From positions 90,599 through 154,598 of the forward strand of contig MFQC01000008.1 in the NCBI GenBank assembly GCA_001784285.1: 64,000 nt of DNA, read 5' to 3'. This DNA is from Candidatus Magasanikbacteria bacterium RIFCSPHIGHO2_02_FULL_48_18 (lineage in GTDB: Bacteria; Patescibacteriota; Patescibacteriia; Magasanikbacterales; UBA922). Shown here one piece after another: positions 20,191-29,574 of this stretch. The stretch's first letter is position 1. The number at the start of each line of letters is the position of its first letter. The notes below the pieces were generated by a model that was not told the DNA's origin, ran no database searches, and worked only from the letters and a program-made list of their open reading frames with translations. Position numbers and translations under genes: made by a program.

Positions 20191-20445
20191 ATAAATAAAT
20201 GAAATAATTATTGATTGATGGTTATTAGGGGGTGTGAATAGGGGGGATAAGTGTTATTTTTCTTTTTGTTGGGCCGTGTTTATGGTGTATATTTTTTTTG
20301 AAATGTGTTGTGTATTTGTGTTTTGTTTGTGTTTTGGTGTGTATGAATTTTTTCTTTTCTTTTTTGTTTGTGTATATGTTTCATTGTGTGGGGACACGTA
20401 TGGGATAATTGTCTGTGCGCAGAAGGAGACATCCACAGGCTGTCC
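20191..20445. promoter_or_regulatory. dnaA-dnaN intergenic origin-associated region: an AT-rich candidate unwinding element, a DnaA-box-like GGGGGATAA, and a ~200-bp strand-asymmetric GT-rich low-complexity tract
   Basis: AAATAAATAAATGAAATAATTATTGATTGATGG AT-run, GGGGGATAAGTG at 20242, then long GTGT/TTGT repeats. No credible ORF. Confidence 0.5.
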
Positions 20446-21825
20446 CTACATTCTTTCCGCGTAAAGCTGTTGTTTAATGGATTCTATTTCTTGTTTTAAT
20501 TTGAGATCATTTTCTATTTCAGTCAAAATTTTTGTGTGGGCATGCATGGCGGTGGTATGGTCTCTCCCGCCAAGCTCGTCGCCAATCGCAGGATAAGACA
20601 TTTTTAATTCCTGTCGGAGGAGAAACATGATGATTTGTCTCGGGAAAGACAGTTTTTTTTCTCTGCTTTTTCCGACAATATCGTCGGTGCTGATGCCATA
20701 AAATTTTGTCACGGCGCCGATAATGTCTCGCGGCGTCGAGGATTTGCGGAGATTGTTCGGTTCGAGGTTGGAAAGGATCGCACGAATGGTTTCTTTGGAA
20801 GGATCTATATTTTTGAGATTATGGAAGGCAATGATTTTGTTGAGTGCTCCTTCGAGCTCTCGGATATTGCTTTGGACATGAACCGCAATGAGCTGGGCGA
20901 CATCTTCTTCGAGCGGAAAATCTTTTTCCTGCGCTTTGGCCTGGAGAATGGCGGTTCGCGTTTCAAGATCTGGCGCGGAAATGTCGGTAATCATTCCCCA
21001 CTCAAATCGGCTTCGCAGGCGGTCTTCAAGGGAAGGAATGGCTTTTGGTGGTCTGTCGCTTGTCAACACGACCTGCTTTGATTGCTGGTGGAGCTCGTTG
21101 AATGTATGAAAAAACTCTTCCTGTGTTTGTTCTTTCCCCCCGATAAATTGGATGTCATCAATAAGAAGAAGGTCCGTGCCTCGGTATCGCTCTTTAAAAT
21201 GTGCGGTTCTGCCTTCTTTGATGGAAAGAACAAATTCGTTGGTGAATTTTTCTGAGGTGACGTATAAAATTTTCAACTGAGGATTGTTTTCAAGCATTTT
21301 TTGCGCAATCGCCTGAAGCAGGTGGGTTTTGCCAAGGCCCACACCTCCATAAATGAAGAGGGGGTTGTATGCATCCCCGGGACGGGACGCAACCGCCTGA
21401 GCCGCGGCATGGGAGAGTTCGTTGCCTTTCCCCACAATAAATGTGGAAAAGGTATATTTGGGATTGAGGCCAAACCGCGTGGCGAGTGTTTGTTTTTTTT
21501 CGGAGTAGATGGGAGTCTTTGCGCTTGAAATTGCAGGCATTTCGGAAAGCGCGCATTCCATTTCGGCAATATGTTTGATATTTTCGACATGGTATTCTAT
21601 TTTTTTCACCGGTTTTCCTGTGACATGCTCTAGCGTTTTGACAATATCGGAATGGTATTTTTTTTCAAGCCAGCTTTTGGTAAAGGCATTGGGGACACAG
21701 ACCGCGACTTCACCCGAGGAAAATTTGGCGATGCCGGTGCTTTTGAACCATGTGGTGAAATTGGCTTTTGAAAGTTTGAGTTCAAATTCAGCAAGAACAG
21801 CCTGCCAAATTTCATAATTCGTCAT
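20446..21825 (-). CDS. dnaA: Chromosomal replication initiator protein DnaA
   Basis: AAA+ Walker A GGVGLGKTHLL, Walker B LLLIDDIQF, sensor motifs and a C-terminal DnaA-box-binding helix-turn-helix (domain IV) region. Confidence 0.95.
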   Translation of the reverse strand: MTNYEIWQAVLAEFELKLSKANFTTWFKSTGIAKFSSGEVAVCVPNAFTKSWLEKKYHSDIVKTLEHVTGKPVKKIEYHVENIKHIAEMECALSEMPAISSAKTPIYSEKKQTLATRFGLNPKYTFSTFIVGKGNELSHAAAQAVASRPGDAYNPLFIYGGVGLGKTHLLQAIAQKMLENNPQLKILYVTSEKFTNEFVLSIKEGRTAHFKERYRGTDLLLIDDIQFIGGKEQTQEEFFHTFNELHQQSKQVVLTSDRPPKAIPSLEDRLRSRFEWGMITDISAPDLETRTAILQAKAQEKDFPLEEDVAQLIAVHVQSNIRELEGALNKIIAFHNLKNIDPSKETIRAILSNLEPNNLRKSSTPRDIIGAVTKFYGISTDDIVGKSREKKLSFPRQIIMFLLRQELKMSYPAIGDELGGRDHTTAMHAHTKILTEIENDLKLKQEIESIKQQLYAERM

Positions 21826-22018
21826 AGAACGGAAAGAAAAAGATGGAATAGACCCATTTTATCATAGCGTTGCTGTTTAAAAAATGGCTTTATAAAGCCA
21901 AAAAGTGGGTAATATGGGGATAAGATGTGGATAGTGGGGATAAATGGCTCAATCTTGACATATTCTTAGTTTATCATATATACTATGCGTACTTTTGCAT
22001 AGACCTCATTTTTTTCGT
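21826..22018. promoter_or_regulatory. Origin-proximal DnaA-box cluster and the divergent dnaA/rpmH promoter region
   Basis: Three tandem DnaA-box-like 9-mers TGGGGATAA (21914), TGTGGATAG (21925) and TGGGGATAA (21934). Downstream is TTGACA...TATCAT/TATACT, a promoter-like pair. Confidence 0.6.
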
Positions 22019-22195
22019 ATGACCAAACGAACATACCAGCCTAAAAAAAGAAAACGCGCCAAAACACACGGGTTTCGTGCGCGCATGAAGACCAAAGACG
22101 GCCGAGATGTCTTAAAGCGACGAAGACTCAAGGGCCGAAAGAAACTCACCGTGAGTGATGAAAAAAAGGGAAAGAGAACCAAGAAAACACGATAA
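22019..22195 (+). CDS. rpmH: 50S ribosomal protein L34
   Basis: [45 protein letters not shown] matches the L34 consensus, with a short C-terminal extension. Confidence 0.9.
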   Translation: MTKRTYQPKKRKRAKTHGFRARMKTKDGRDVLKRRRLKGRKKLTVSDEKKGKRTKKTR

Positions 22196-22264
22196 CATTT
22201 TTTTTACTCAAAAGGACTTCGTTTGGCGGAGTCTTTTTTGATATACTACCGCTGTCTTTGTCCT

Positions 22265-22648
22265 ATGCTCAAAAATCAGTTTCGCCTCAAACGAAAAAAA
22301 GATTTTGAGATTCTCTTCCAAAAGGGTCGGTTTGTGGACGCAAAACTTGTGGGACTCAAAATTTGGCGCATTGATCCCGCCGCCTTCCCTCGGCGGGCAT
22401 TTTCATCGGACGACCTCCTTATTGGTTTTGTGGTCGGAACAAAGATCGATAAGCGAGCGGTCGTACGAAACAAAATGAAGCGGCGTCTGCGAGAGGCGGT
22501 GCGGCATATTTTGGAAACCAATGGAATACGCAAGGGGTATATAATGGCGTTTTTAGCAAAGCCGGCGATGAAAGAGGCGGATTATGCCGAGATACAGAAG
22601 AATGTCTTTTTTTTGCTGAATAAAGCAAAGATTTTGGAAAGATTGTAA
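22265..22648 (+). CDS. rnpA: Ribonuclease P protein component
   Basis: Starts at MLKNQFRLKRKKDFEILFQKGRF, the typical RnpA N-terminus. Basic ~127-aa protein directly downstream of rpmH. Confidence 0.85.
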   Translation: MLKNQFRLKRKKDFEILFQKGRFVDAKLVGLKIWRIDPAAFPRRAFSSDDLLIGFVVGTKIDKRAVVRNKMKRRLREAVRHILETNGIRKGYIMAFLAKPAMKEADYAEIQKNVFFLLNKAKILERL

Positions 22649-22660
22649 AGAGCTGAGATA

Positions 22661-22885
22661 ATGGAACGTTATACAAAAGTTATTTTTTATCATCAAGTCA
22701 CTTTTAACCTCAATAATATGGGTAAAATCGAAACATACTCGGATAACAAGGGTAATTCAATCACGGTCGAAACTGCTTCAGATGGCGTAACCGTTTCCGC
22801 TCGGATAAAAACGAAGCCAAAATATACTGGCGGTTCAAGCGCTTCGGCGGCACGAGCATATGCGCAAAGAAACGGTCTTAAATAA
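22661..22885 (+). CDS. Small hypothetical protein (74 aa)
   Basis: ORF between rnpA and yidD whose 3' end overlaps the yidD start. No recognisable domain. Confidence 0.25.
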   Translation: MERYTKVIFYHQVTFNLNNMGKIETYSDNKGNSITVETASDGVTVSARIKTKPKYTGGSSASAARAYAQRNGLK

Positions 22886-23144
22886 ATTTCGCTCCTTCCT
22901 CTCTCTCCCTGGCAACATTCTCCGCGGCGTCATTTGGCTGTATCAAAAAACACTGTCGCCGGACCACAGTTTTTGGGGCAAGCGGGTGTTTTCAAACGGG
23001 TATTGCAAGTTTTATCCCAGTTGCAGTGAGTACGGGCGGCAAGCGATACAAAAGAGAGGGATCGTCGTCGGATCTCTCAAGACTGTTTGGCGAATTTTGC
23101 GGTGCAATCCGTGGAACAAGGGCGGGGTTGATGTGCCGAAGTAA
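22860..23144 (+). CDS. yidD: Membrane protein insertion efficiency factor YidD
   Basis: CKFYPSCSEYGRQAIQKRGIVVGSLKTVWRILRCNPWNKGGVDVP matches the YidD hallmark C-x-F-x-P-[ST]-C-S-x-Y...R-C-x-P...GG-x-D-P. Confidence 0.85.
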   Translation: MRKETVLNKFRSFLSLPGNILRGVIWLYQKTLSPDHSFWGKRVFSNGYCKFYPSCSEYGRQAIQKRGIVVGSLKTVWRILRCNPWNKGGVDVPK

Positions 23145-23150
23145 GTTTTT

Positions 23151-23426
23151 TTAGTGTTTGTTTTGGAAAAGTTTCAGCGCCGCGTCCAAAGAAAAAGTAT
23201 CATCCTGGATTTCCAGGATTTTTTTTCTGCTGGAAAAACCGGAGATAATACGCATGTCTGTTTTGCGCACATGCCATGTTTTGGAGAGAAATGAAACAAG
23301 CGCTTTATTGGCCTCTCCGTCTGCTGGAACAGCACGAAGTTTTATTTTCACAGAGCCGTCGGGAAGAAGGCCGACAAAAGTGTTTGTTGAAGAACGAGGA
23401 GCGACCGTGATAGAAATTCTCTGCAT
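23151..23426 (-). CDS. DUF167 (YggU/UPF0235) family protein
   Basis: 91 aa; SVKIKLRAVPADGEANKALVSFLSK...KTDMRIISGFSSRKKILEI matches the DUF167 pattern. Confidence 0.7.
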   Translation of the reverse strand: MQRISITVAPRSSTNTFVGLLPDGSVKIKLRAVPADGEANKALVSFLSKTWHVRKTDMRIISGFSSRKKILEIQDDTFSLDAALKLFQNKH

Positions 23427-23447
23427 ACGCGAAAAAAATCCGCAGGG

Positions 23448-24842
23448 TTATGCCGACGGCGGCGTATTGGCGTGGCCGTGGGAATCACCATGGGTGTGGT
23501 CATGGTTTTCATCGTTGCAGTCTTTGCATCCCATTTTGCTGAGGTTGGGGTCGTCCATCATGTCTTCTCCCAAAATTTTTGCCTTGAGCCAGGCCATGAC
23601 TTTTTTGTTTTGAAGCTGTATGGCGATGGTGTCTTTTACTTCCGGTCTTTTGAGGCGGTCGCGGTATTCGGCGTTATCTTTATATATGTCTTTGAGCGCG
23701 GCAAGTTCGCTTTGAAGTTCAGCGTCTTCAACCGTAAAATTTTGTTCCTGCGCGATTTGCCGAGACAACAGCGACGCCTTTACTCTGCGGACGGCACGCT
23801 CTTTAAATTCTTCAAAGAGGTCTTTTTCTTTTTTCTTGATATCGCCAAGGTATTGGTCAATGCTCACATTGTGCCGCTCTAGGTCTCTTCGCAACTCAAA
23901 CATCATTTTTTCTCGTTCCGCGTCAATAAGAATATCCGGGATCTCTCCAAAAGAGGAAGCATCAATCATTTTTTCCAGAATTTCTATTTCTGCCGCGTCG
24001 TTCGCTTTTTTTTGTTCTTCTTCAAAAATATTTTGTTCAATGCGTTCTCGGAGTTTTTGCGCGCTTTCCTGGCCAAGCGTTTTGGCAAATTCGTCGGTCA
24101 ATTCCGGGAGTTCCCGATCAAACACCTCTTTCGCCGTTACGATAAATGCGACTTTTTTTCCCGCCAGCTGTTTTTGGTAATGCGTGTCCGGAAACGTGAG
24201 AGAAAATTCTTTTGTGCTTCCTTTTTCAAGCCCAAGCAACTGGTCGTTGAATCCTGGAATGTAATGGTCTTCATTGAGATACACGCGATAATCATTGGCT
24301 TGTCCTCCTTCAATAGGGACGTTGTCAACGGTCATGGCCATATCAATCACGATTGCGTCATCTTTGGCGGCCGGACCGGACTTTGCCGCTTCTTTTGCGC
24401 GCATGCCACGGAGCGCGGCAAGCGTTTTGTCAATTTGCGAAGGGTCAACCGACACCGAGCGTTTTTTTACCGTAATCGTATCGGGGTTCGCGACAGAAAC
24501 GCTGGGGAAAAGGGCGACTGTTGCGGAAAATTCAAGCTCATTAGCGGGAGCGATTTTTTTTACATCAATTTTTGGCATTCCCACCACGTCAAGTTTTTCT
24601 TCCAAAACAGCCGTATAGTAAAATTCATGAACAATGGATTCAAGCGCTTCTTCAAGGATAGCCATGTCTCCCACTTCTTTTTTGATAATATCAAAGGGGG
24701 CTTTCCCTTTTCGAAATCCTCGTATGGCGCTTCTGTCCGATATCCGTTTTGCGGCTTTTTCGAGATGATGCTGGTATTCTTCGGGCAAAACGGTAATGGT
24801 TATGGTCACGCTGGCATTATTTTTTTCTGTTGTATGGTGCAT
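23448..24842 (-). CDS. tig: Trigger factor (ribosome-associated chaperone/PPIase) with a C-terminal Cys/His-rich tail
   Basis: N-terminal ribosome-binding domain with GFRKGKAP motif, central FKBP-like domain and C-terminal arm. Tail ...GCKDCNDENHDHTHGDSHGHANTPPSA. Start assigned to MHHTTEK. Confidence 0.85.
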   Translation of the reverse strand: MHHTTEKNNASVTITITVLPEEYQHHLEKAAKRISDRSAIRGFRKGKAPFDIIKKEVGDMAILEEALESIVHEFYYTAVLEEKLDVVGMPKIDVKKIAPANELEFSATVALFPSVSVANPDTITVKKRSVSVDPSQIDKTLAALRGMRAKEAAKSGPAAKDDAIVIDMAMTVDNVPIEGGQANDYRVYLNEDHYIPGFNDQLLGLEKGSTKEFSLTFPDTHYQKQLAGKKVAFIVTAKEVFDRELPELTDEFAKTLGQESAQKLRERIEQNIFEEEQKKANDAAEIEILEKMIDASSFGEIPDILIDAEREKMMFELRRDLERHNVSIDQYLGDIKKKEKDLFEEFKERAVRRVKASLLSRQIAQEQNFTVEDAELQSELAALKDIYKDNAEYRDRLKRPEVKDTIAIQLQNKKVMAWLKAKILGEDMMDDPNLSKMGCKDCNDENHDHTHGDSHGHANTPPSA

Positions 24843-24931
24843 AAAGGCAAAAACATAAAGAAATACGGTTGCCCTAGCATACCGTGCGATAGAAAAAACG
24901 TCAACCTGGTTCTCTTTCCCGAACCGCAAAA

Positions 24932-26347
24932 GTGTGGTATCTTGAGGGGAGGAGCCAAAAGGCTCCGGACGGTATGCATTATTTTGGCTATAAATTTCTT
25001 CATCGACTTCTTACAGGTCTTGTCTATGGGAAACGGGCGCTGGTATGGGGGCTCGGACGTCTCTGGTCACTCTATACGGGCGTACAGCGGCTGTACCGGC
25101 ACACGATAGGATTTCGCTTTGTTAAGCTTTTTTTTGTCTTACAGAAAAAATTAGGATCTCGTCTACACCCCTGGTCAGAGTGGGTGTTTATTTTTTTAGG
25201 AAAACGATTGACGTTGCAGGTGATTCTTTTTTTGGTGGCGACGGTCGTCATGGTTCCTCATACCAAACTGTATACCAAGGAAATTATCGGGACGCCCGGA
25301 AGAAACACCTTATTATATGCGTTTGTGGGGCCGGGGGATCAAGATTTTTCCATTGAAGAGGTGGTGGGGGAGGTTGACACGCAACTCACTCAGCAATCCC
25401 GCACATGGAGAGAGGGCGCCGTGACTTTGGAAACGCCCCAAGGACCATCAGCGCAGATAAAACAGGAGCCGGAAGAGATTGCGGGCATAAGCGCCGGCGG
25501 GTCTGCCCTTGCAAAGCCCACGATTATCTCCGGCAGTCTTGTGGAGTCTCAGGCGGCCGAGAACGGGTCTATCAGCGGCAGAAGAGAGATTGTTGAATAT
25601 ACCGTAGAATCTGGAGATACCGTCAGCGATATTTCCAAGAAGTTTCAAGTGCAGATTGAAACCATTCTCTGGGCAAATAATTTGTCGGTGCGTTCGTATA
25701 TTCGTCCCGGAGATCGGCTAAAGATATTGCCGGTTGACGGTGTATTGTATACGGTCAAAAAAGGAGATACGGTCTTGAAAATCGCCAAGAATTTTTCATC
25801 CGACGCGGACGAGATTATTGCGTTCAACCGTTTGCAGAAAGATGGGGCGGACATTATCGTGGGGGAACAACTTATTCTTCCCGGAGGAAAAATTTCGGCG
25901 CCAGTGTATGCGCCTCGTCCTCAACAGTCGTCCAAGTTTCAATCCATTGTCGCTCCGCCTCCTTCCGTTGCCACGCCGGCCGGATCAGGATACTTATGGC
26001 CCACCACTCTTCGTCATATTACCCAGTATTTTGGGTTGCGGCATACCGGTCTTGATATCGCGGGCCCTTCCGGCGCTCCCGTGTATGCATCTCGTTCAGG
26101 GACCATTATAAAGTCTCAATGCGGATGGAATGGAGGTTATGGGTGCTATATTATTATTGACCATGGCGGCGGCGTGCATACGCTGTATGGCCATAATTCG
26201 CAATTGTTGGTTTCCTCCGGCGACACTGTCGTCCAGGGACAAACCATTGCCCTATCAGGCAACACCGGACGGTCAACCGGTCCGCACCTCCACTTTGAAG
26301 TGCGCGTCAACGGAGGAAGACAAAATCCGTTAAAATATATTCGATAA
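24932..26347 (+). CDS. LysM-domain M23 family metallopeptidase (start may be a downstream Met)
   Basis: Two LysM repeats (YTVESGDTVSDISKKF..., YTVKKGDTVLKIAKNF...) and a C-terminal M23 domain (GLDIAG...HGGGVHTLYGHNS...GNTGRSTGPHLHFEVRVNG). Confidence 0.85.
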   Translation: MWYLEGRSQKAPDGMHYFGYKFLHRLLTGLVYGKRALVWGLGRLWSLYTGVQRLYRHTIGFRFVKLFFVLQKKLGSRLHPWSEWVFIFLGKRLTLQVILFLVATVVMVPHTKLYTKEIIGTPGRNTLLYAFVGPGDQDFSIEEVVGEVDTQLTQQSRTWREGAVTLETPQGPSAQIKQEPEEIAGISAGGSALAKPTIISGSLVESQAAENGSISGRREIVEYTVESGDTVSDISKKFQVQIETILWANNLSVRSYIRPGDRLKILPVDGVLYTVKKGDTVLKIAKNFSSDADEIIAFNRLQKDGADIIVGEQLILPGGKISAPVYAPRPQQSSKFQSIVAPPPSVATPAGSGYLWPTTLRHITQYFGLRHTGLDIAGPSGAPVYASRSGTIIKSQCGWNGGYGCYIIIDHGGGVHTLYGHNSQLLVSSGDTVVQGQTIALSGNTGRSTGPHLHFEVRVNGGRQNPLKYIR

Positions 26348-26373
26348 GAACCTGTTTCAGATCTCCTTGGTTG

Positions 26374-27897
26374 TTATTCTGCTCGCGCTCGGTATTGGAT
26401 CGCTTCCGCAACATGATGCGGATGAATGCGATCGTCGCGATCAAGATCAGCGATCGTTCGCGCCATTTTGATGATGCGAAAAAAACTTCGTGCGGAAAAC
26501 CCCATTTGCTTTGTGGCAGTGCGCAAGAGTTCGATCGTATCGTCCGTAAGAGGGCAGAATTCCCGAATTTCTTTATTGCCCATTTCGCTGTTGGTGGCTA
26601 TAGGCAGGGACGCAAATCGTTTCCGCTGGCGTTCGCGTGCCGCTTCCACCCGCTCTCGCACAAGAGCGGAGGACTCGCTGAGCGCCACCGTATGCAGTTT
26701 TTCAAATTGAACGCGAGGCACATCTACATGCAGATCAATGCGGTCGAGGAGCGGGCCGCTTATTTTTTTCTGGTAGCGATGTTTTTGCTCTGGAGAGCAC
26801 ACGCATGGTTTTTCCGGATCGGTCGCATATCCGCAGGGACACGGATTTTGGCTTGCGATCAGTGTGAACCGCGCGGGAAAGCTGAGCGTCCCTTGCGCCC
26901 GCGAAATGGTGACGACGCCGTCTTCAAGCGGCTGACGAAGATTTTCCAAGACCACGCGCGGGAATTCCGGAAATTCATCAAGAAAAAGAACACCCCGGTG
27001 CGCTAAAGAAATTTCTCCCGGCTTGGGATATTTGCCGCCGCCAACCAAGGCCACGCCGCTTGCGCTGTGATGAGGAGACCGAAACGGCCGCTGATTGATA
27101 TAGGGTTTGTTTTTTGGCAAAAGTCCGGCAACGGAATAAATTTTGGTGACTTCAATGATTTCTTTAGCGGTCATGGAGGGGAGGAGCGACGGAAACGTGC
27201 GCGCGAGCAATGTTTTTCCTGATCCCGGCGGTCCGGAAAGAAGAATATTGTGCGCGCCGCTCGCGGCAATTTCGAGGGCTCGTTTTGCAAATTCTTGCCC
27301 TTTGATATATGCCATGTCTCCGTCAATTGAGAGCAGGGGAGCGTCGAGAGCAAGTGGAGACGGCTCAAGCGGAGGAATGATCGACACCTGTTCGATGTGG
27401 TCAATGACGTGGCGAAAAGACGCGACCGGATGAATGCGGATATGTTCTACCAGGCCGGCTTCTGTTGCGTTCACCAAAGGAAGAAAGAGATGTTTGTACC
27501 CTTGTTCGGCCGCAAAAATGGCTATCGGCAATATGCCGTTCGTGTGCCGCAATGTTCCATCGAGCGCCAATTCTCCGACAAATAAACAATCTGACAGGTC
27601 AATGTCAGATTGTTTGGTTGTGGCGCAATACATGCCGACCGCCATGGGAAGATCGTATAAACTTCCTTCTTTGCGGATATCGGCCGGCGCGAGATTGACG
27701 ACCACACGGCCATTATTTGGAAATTGCAGTCCTGAATTTTTCCACGCGGTTCGAATGCGTTCTTTTGCTTCTTGAATGGCGGTGTCGGGCAGGCCGACAA
27801 TATGATACCCCGGCCATGCGCCGGCAATATCCACTTCTACGTCAATTGTGGTGCACTCAAGCCCCAATACCGCGGCCGAATGAATGGTAGTAAACAT
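26374..27897 (-). CDS. YifB/ComM family Mg-chelatase-like AAA+ ATPase
   Basis: N-terminal MFTTIHSAAVLGLECTTIDVEVDI (Lon-like subdomain), AAA+ core GPPGSGKT...VLFLDEFPEF and a C-terminal ChlI-like domain. Confidence 0.9.
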   Translation of the reverse strand: MFTTIHSAAVLGLECTTIDVEVDIAGAWPGYHIVGLPDTAIQEAKERIRTAWKNSGLQFPNNGRVVVNLAPADIRKEGSLYDLPMAVGMYCATTKQSDIDLSDCLFVGELALDGTLRHTNGILPIAIFAAEQGYKHLFLPLVNATEAGLVEHIRIHPVASFRHVIDHIEQVSIIPPLEPSPLALDAPLLSIDGDMAYIKGQEFAKRALEIAASGAHNILLSGPPGSGKTLLARTFPSLLPSMTAKEIIEVTKIYSVAGLLPKNKPYINQRPFRSPHHSASGVALVGGGKYPKPGEISLAHRGVLFLDEFPEFPRVVLENLRQPLEDGVVTISRAQGTLSFPARFTLIASQNPCPCGYATDPEKPCVCSPEQKHRYQKKISGPLLDRIDLHVDVPRVQFEKLHTVALSESSALVRERVEAARERQRKRFASLPIATNSEMGNKEIREFCPLTDDTIELLRTATKQMGFSARSFFRIIKMARTIADLDRDDRIHPHHVAEAIQYRARAE

Positions 27898-27965
27898 ATC
27901 CCTCCTTATGATGATATAAATGTATTGTTATTGTACCAATGATGCGAGCATAATTCAACAGCGTC

Positions 27966-28397
27966 TTAGAATTTTTTTTTGTATTCATCAACAAAAATCA
28001 GCCCGACCCCTGCGAGAATCATTCCGTCGGCGATATTGACGACTGATGTCCATATCCGAAGATAATCAACCGTAAAGCCAAAGAATATCCGGTCAAAAAG
28101 ATTGGAGAGCGCGCCGACAATAATAAAAAATAATCCAAGCGTCACGAGGGTGTGTTTCTTTTTTTGGTGCAAGAGAACAAAAAGAAGCCAGAGCAGGATA
28201 AGCGATGTAAGGCCAATGAGAAGCGGGGAGGGGAAAGGGAGGCTGAAGGCGATGCCTGGATTTTTATAATAGTCCCAGCCAAACCATTGGAAAGAGGGAA
28301 AAAAGAATGGGTCTCGCATCGCGATGTATTTGAATATGCGATCAAAAAATAAAAAAAATCCTGTAATAAGAAGGGAAGACAGGATTTTTTTGTGCAT
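27966..28397 (-). CDS. lspA: Lipoprotein signal peptidase II
   Basis: Four-TM protein with conserved YYKNPGIAFSLPFP (N-x-G-x-AFS) and LSNLFDRI...VVNIADGMILAGV (F-N-x-AD) motifs. Confidence 0.8.
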   Translation of the reverse strand: MHKKILSSLLITGFFLFFDRIFKYIAMRDPFFFPSFQWFGWDYYKNPGIAFSLPFPSPLLIGLTSLILLWLLFVLLHQKKKHTLVTLGLFFIIVGALSNLFDRIFFGFTVDYLRIWTSVVNIADGMILAGVGLIFVDEYKKKF

Positions 28398-28429
28398 ACG
28401 GATATATCGGGCAAGAAAGAGCCTTTGTT

Positions 28430-28819
28430 TTATGCTTCCTGGGTGATTGTTTTTTTGCATGGAATGCAGGAACTCGATGTGGGCCGGGCGCGAAGGCGTT
28501 TTTCTTCTATGGGCTGTCCGCAGTATTTGCACATGCCGTACTGGCCCTTGTCAATTCGGTCGAGCGCCTTGACCACATCTCGGAGCGTTTTTTCCAATGT
28601 GAGTTCTAGTGGCTTGTTGGTGGTGTACTCGGCGACTTCCCGCGCGTTGTCGTCTTCTTCACTGCCATACTCGGGCATGGTGGTTTCAAAATCTCCTTCC
28701 ACATGAGGATTTTTGGTTGTAAATTTTGCCAGCTCTTTGGTGAGGCGGTCTTTTTCTGTGAGGAGCATGTTTTTCATGTCGTCAAGAAATGCTTTGGAAA
28801 ATGAAGTTGTTTGAGCCAT
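28430..28819 (-). CDS. DksA/TraR family C4-type zinc-finger protein
   Basis: Coiled-coil N-terminal region and a C-terminal C-x2-C-x17-C-x2-C (CKYCGQPIEEKRLRARPTSSSCIPC). Confidence 0.75.
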   Translation of the reverse strand: MAQTTSFSKAFLDDMKNMLLTEKDRLTKELAKFTTKNPHVEGDFETTMPEYGSEEDDNAREVAEYTTNKPLELTLEKTLRDVVKALDRIDKGQYGMCKYCGQPIEEKRLRARPTSSSCIPCKKTITQEA

Positions 28820-29039
28820 ACGGATAGTGATGCACGTCGTTTCTATGGCAAAATCAGAAGAGAGAAACTGGGCGGCTGTGAATAAAAGGTATGAAGAAGT
28901 ATAGCCTACAAAGGGTTTTTTATCAATAGTTATTATACGAAACCTCTTCTGAAAAAACAATGACCACCCAAAAGAAAAGCAAAAAGCAACAGAAGAAGAA
29001 AAACAAATAAAAAAGGGCAATCAACGCCCTGGGTAATTG

Positions 29040-29350
29040 AATGGCGGATCGCCCTCAAATTCCCCAAGCGTCGTCATGTCAGATGATGCGGAAAAAGGTT
29101 TAAAAATCTGTTTCCACATCATCTGACAAGACAGATCATCCGGGGGATGATAAGCCCTTCTACCGCTCTAAAGGTGGAAACTCTCCGCGTACCGGCCGAA
29201 AGGCACAGGACACATAATGGAGAGCGACCGAAGTCCGAACTTACCGCATACACAATAGTTCATTCTTCCCTAAGCAATTGTGCAGGGGAAAGTCCGGAAA
29301 AGAGAGCAGTGAAAAGGGAGTGATGCTGTTCCCAACGAAATGACGTTGTG
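29040..29350. other. Structured non-coding region (candidate small RNA/leader) with two perfect hairpins
   Basis: Hairpin 1: GTCAGATGATG (29078-29088) pairs with CATCATCTGAC (29118-29128). Hairpin 2: ATCATCCgggGGATGAT (29135-29151). A GGAAAGTCCGG segment follows. No ORF of convincing quality. Confidence 0.3.
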
Positions 29351-29414
29351 AACAACATTCTTTTCATAAAGAGCAAGATATAATCAGTATAGCAGTTTTT
29401 TTGAAATATGTCAA

Positions 29415-29574
29415 GAATAGCGTATACATTTTAATTTTTTGCTAAAATAAGCTATTTATTAAGTTTTTCGTATAGAATAGTATATACAAATGATGTCTTT
29501 TTATGGGATTTATCCCCAATTATGCTAAGTTTCCCACAGAGTTATCCACAATGTGTAGAATAGTGTATACAAAG
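29415..29574. promoter_or_regulatory. Three direct copies of a GAATAG-(C/T)GTATACA(A/T)(A/T) motif plus two DnaA-box 9-mers, upstream of the Cys-rich lipoprotein gene
   Basis: GAATAGCGTATACATT (29415), GAATAGTATATACAAA (29475), GAATAGTGTATACAAAG (29558), TTATCCCCA (29510) and TTATCCACA (29542). The first copy is preceded by TTGAAA at -35-like spacing. Confidence 0.55.

Noticed and set aside
20234-20464. Small ORFs in the dnaA-dnaN spacer
   Set aside because: Translations are Cys/Val/Phe-rich low-complexity products of the GT-rich repeat. This is a conserved intergenic origin-associated position.
24012-25109. 365-aa plus-strand ORF antisense to tig, and similar antisense ORFs within PBP1A, the antiporter, nrdA and ahcY
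   Set aside because: All lie entirely inside strongly supported genes on the opposite strand and have biased, non-protein-like composition.
28820-29020. N-terminal extension of the dksA-like ORF to 29020 (196-aa version)
   Set aside because: The extension is hydrophobic and low-complexity and lies in A-rich promoter-like sequence. The natural start MAQTTSFSKAFLDD gives a typical ~130-aa DksA/TraR protein.
29040-29350. RNase P RNA or SRP RNA identity for the structured non-coding region
   Set aside because: GGAAAGTCCGG (plus strand) resembles the RNase P CR-I. The GCGGUAAG-like match lies on the opposite strand and the CR-V-like segment is in the wrong order. The SRP domain-IV GGAA tetraloop lacks closing base pairs. 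The region is therefore kept only as an unclassified structured element.
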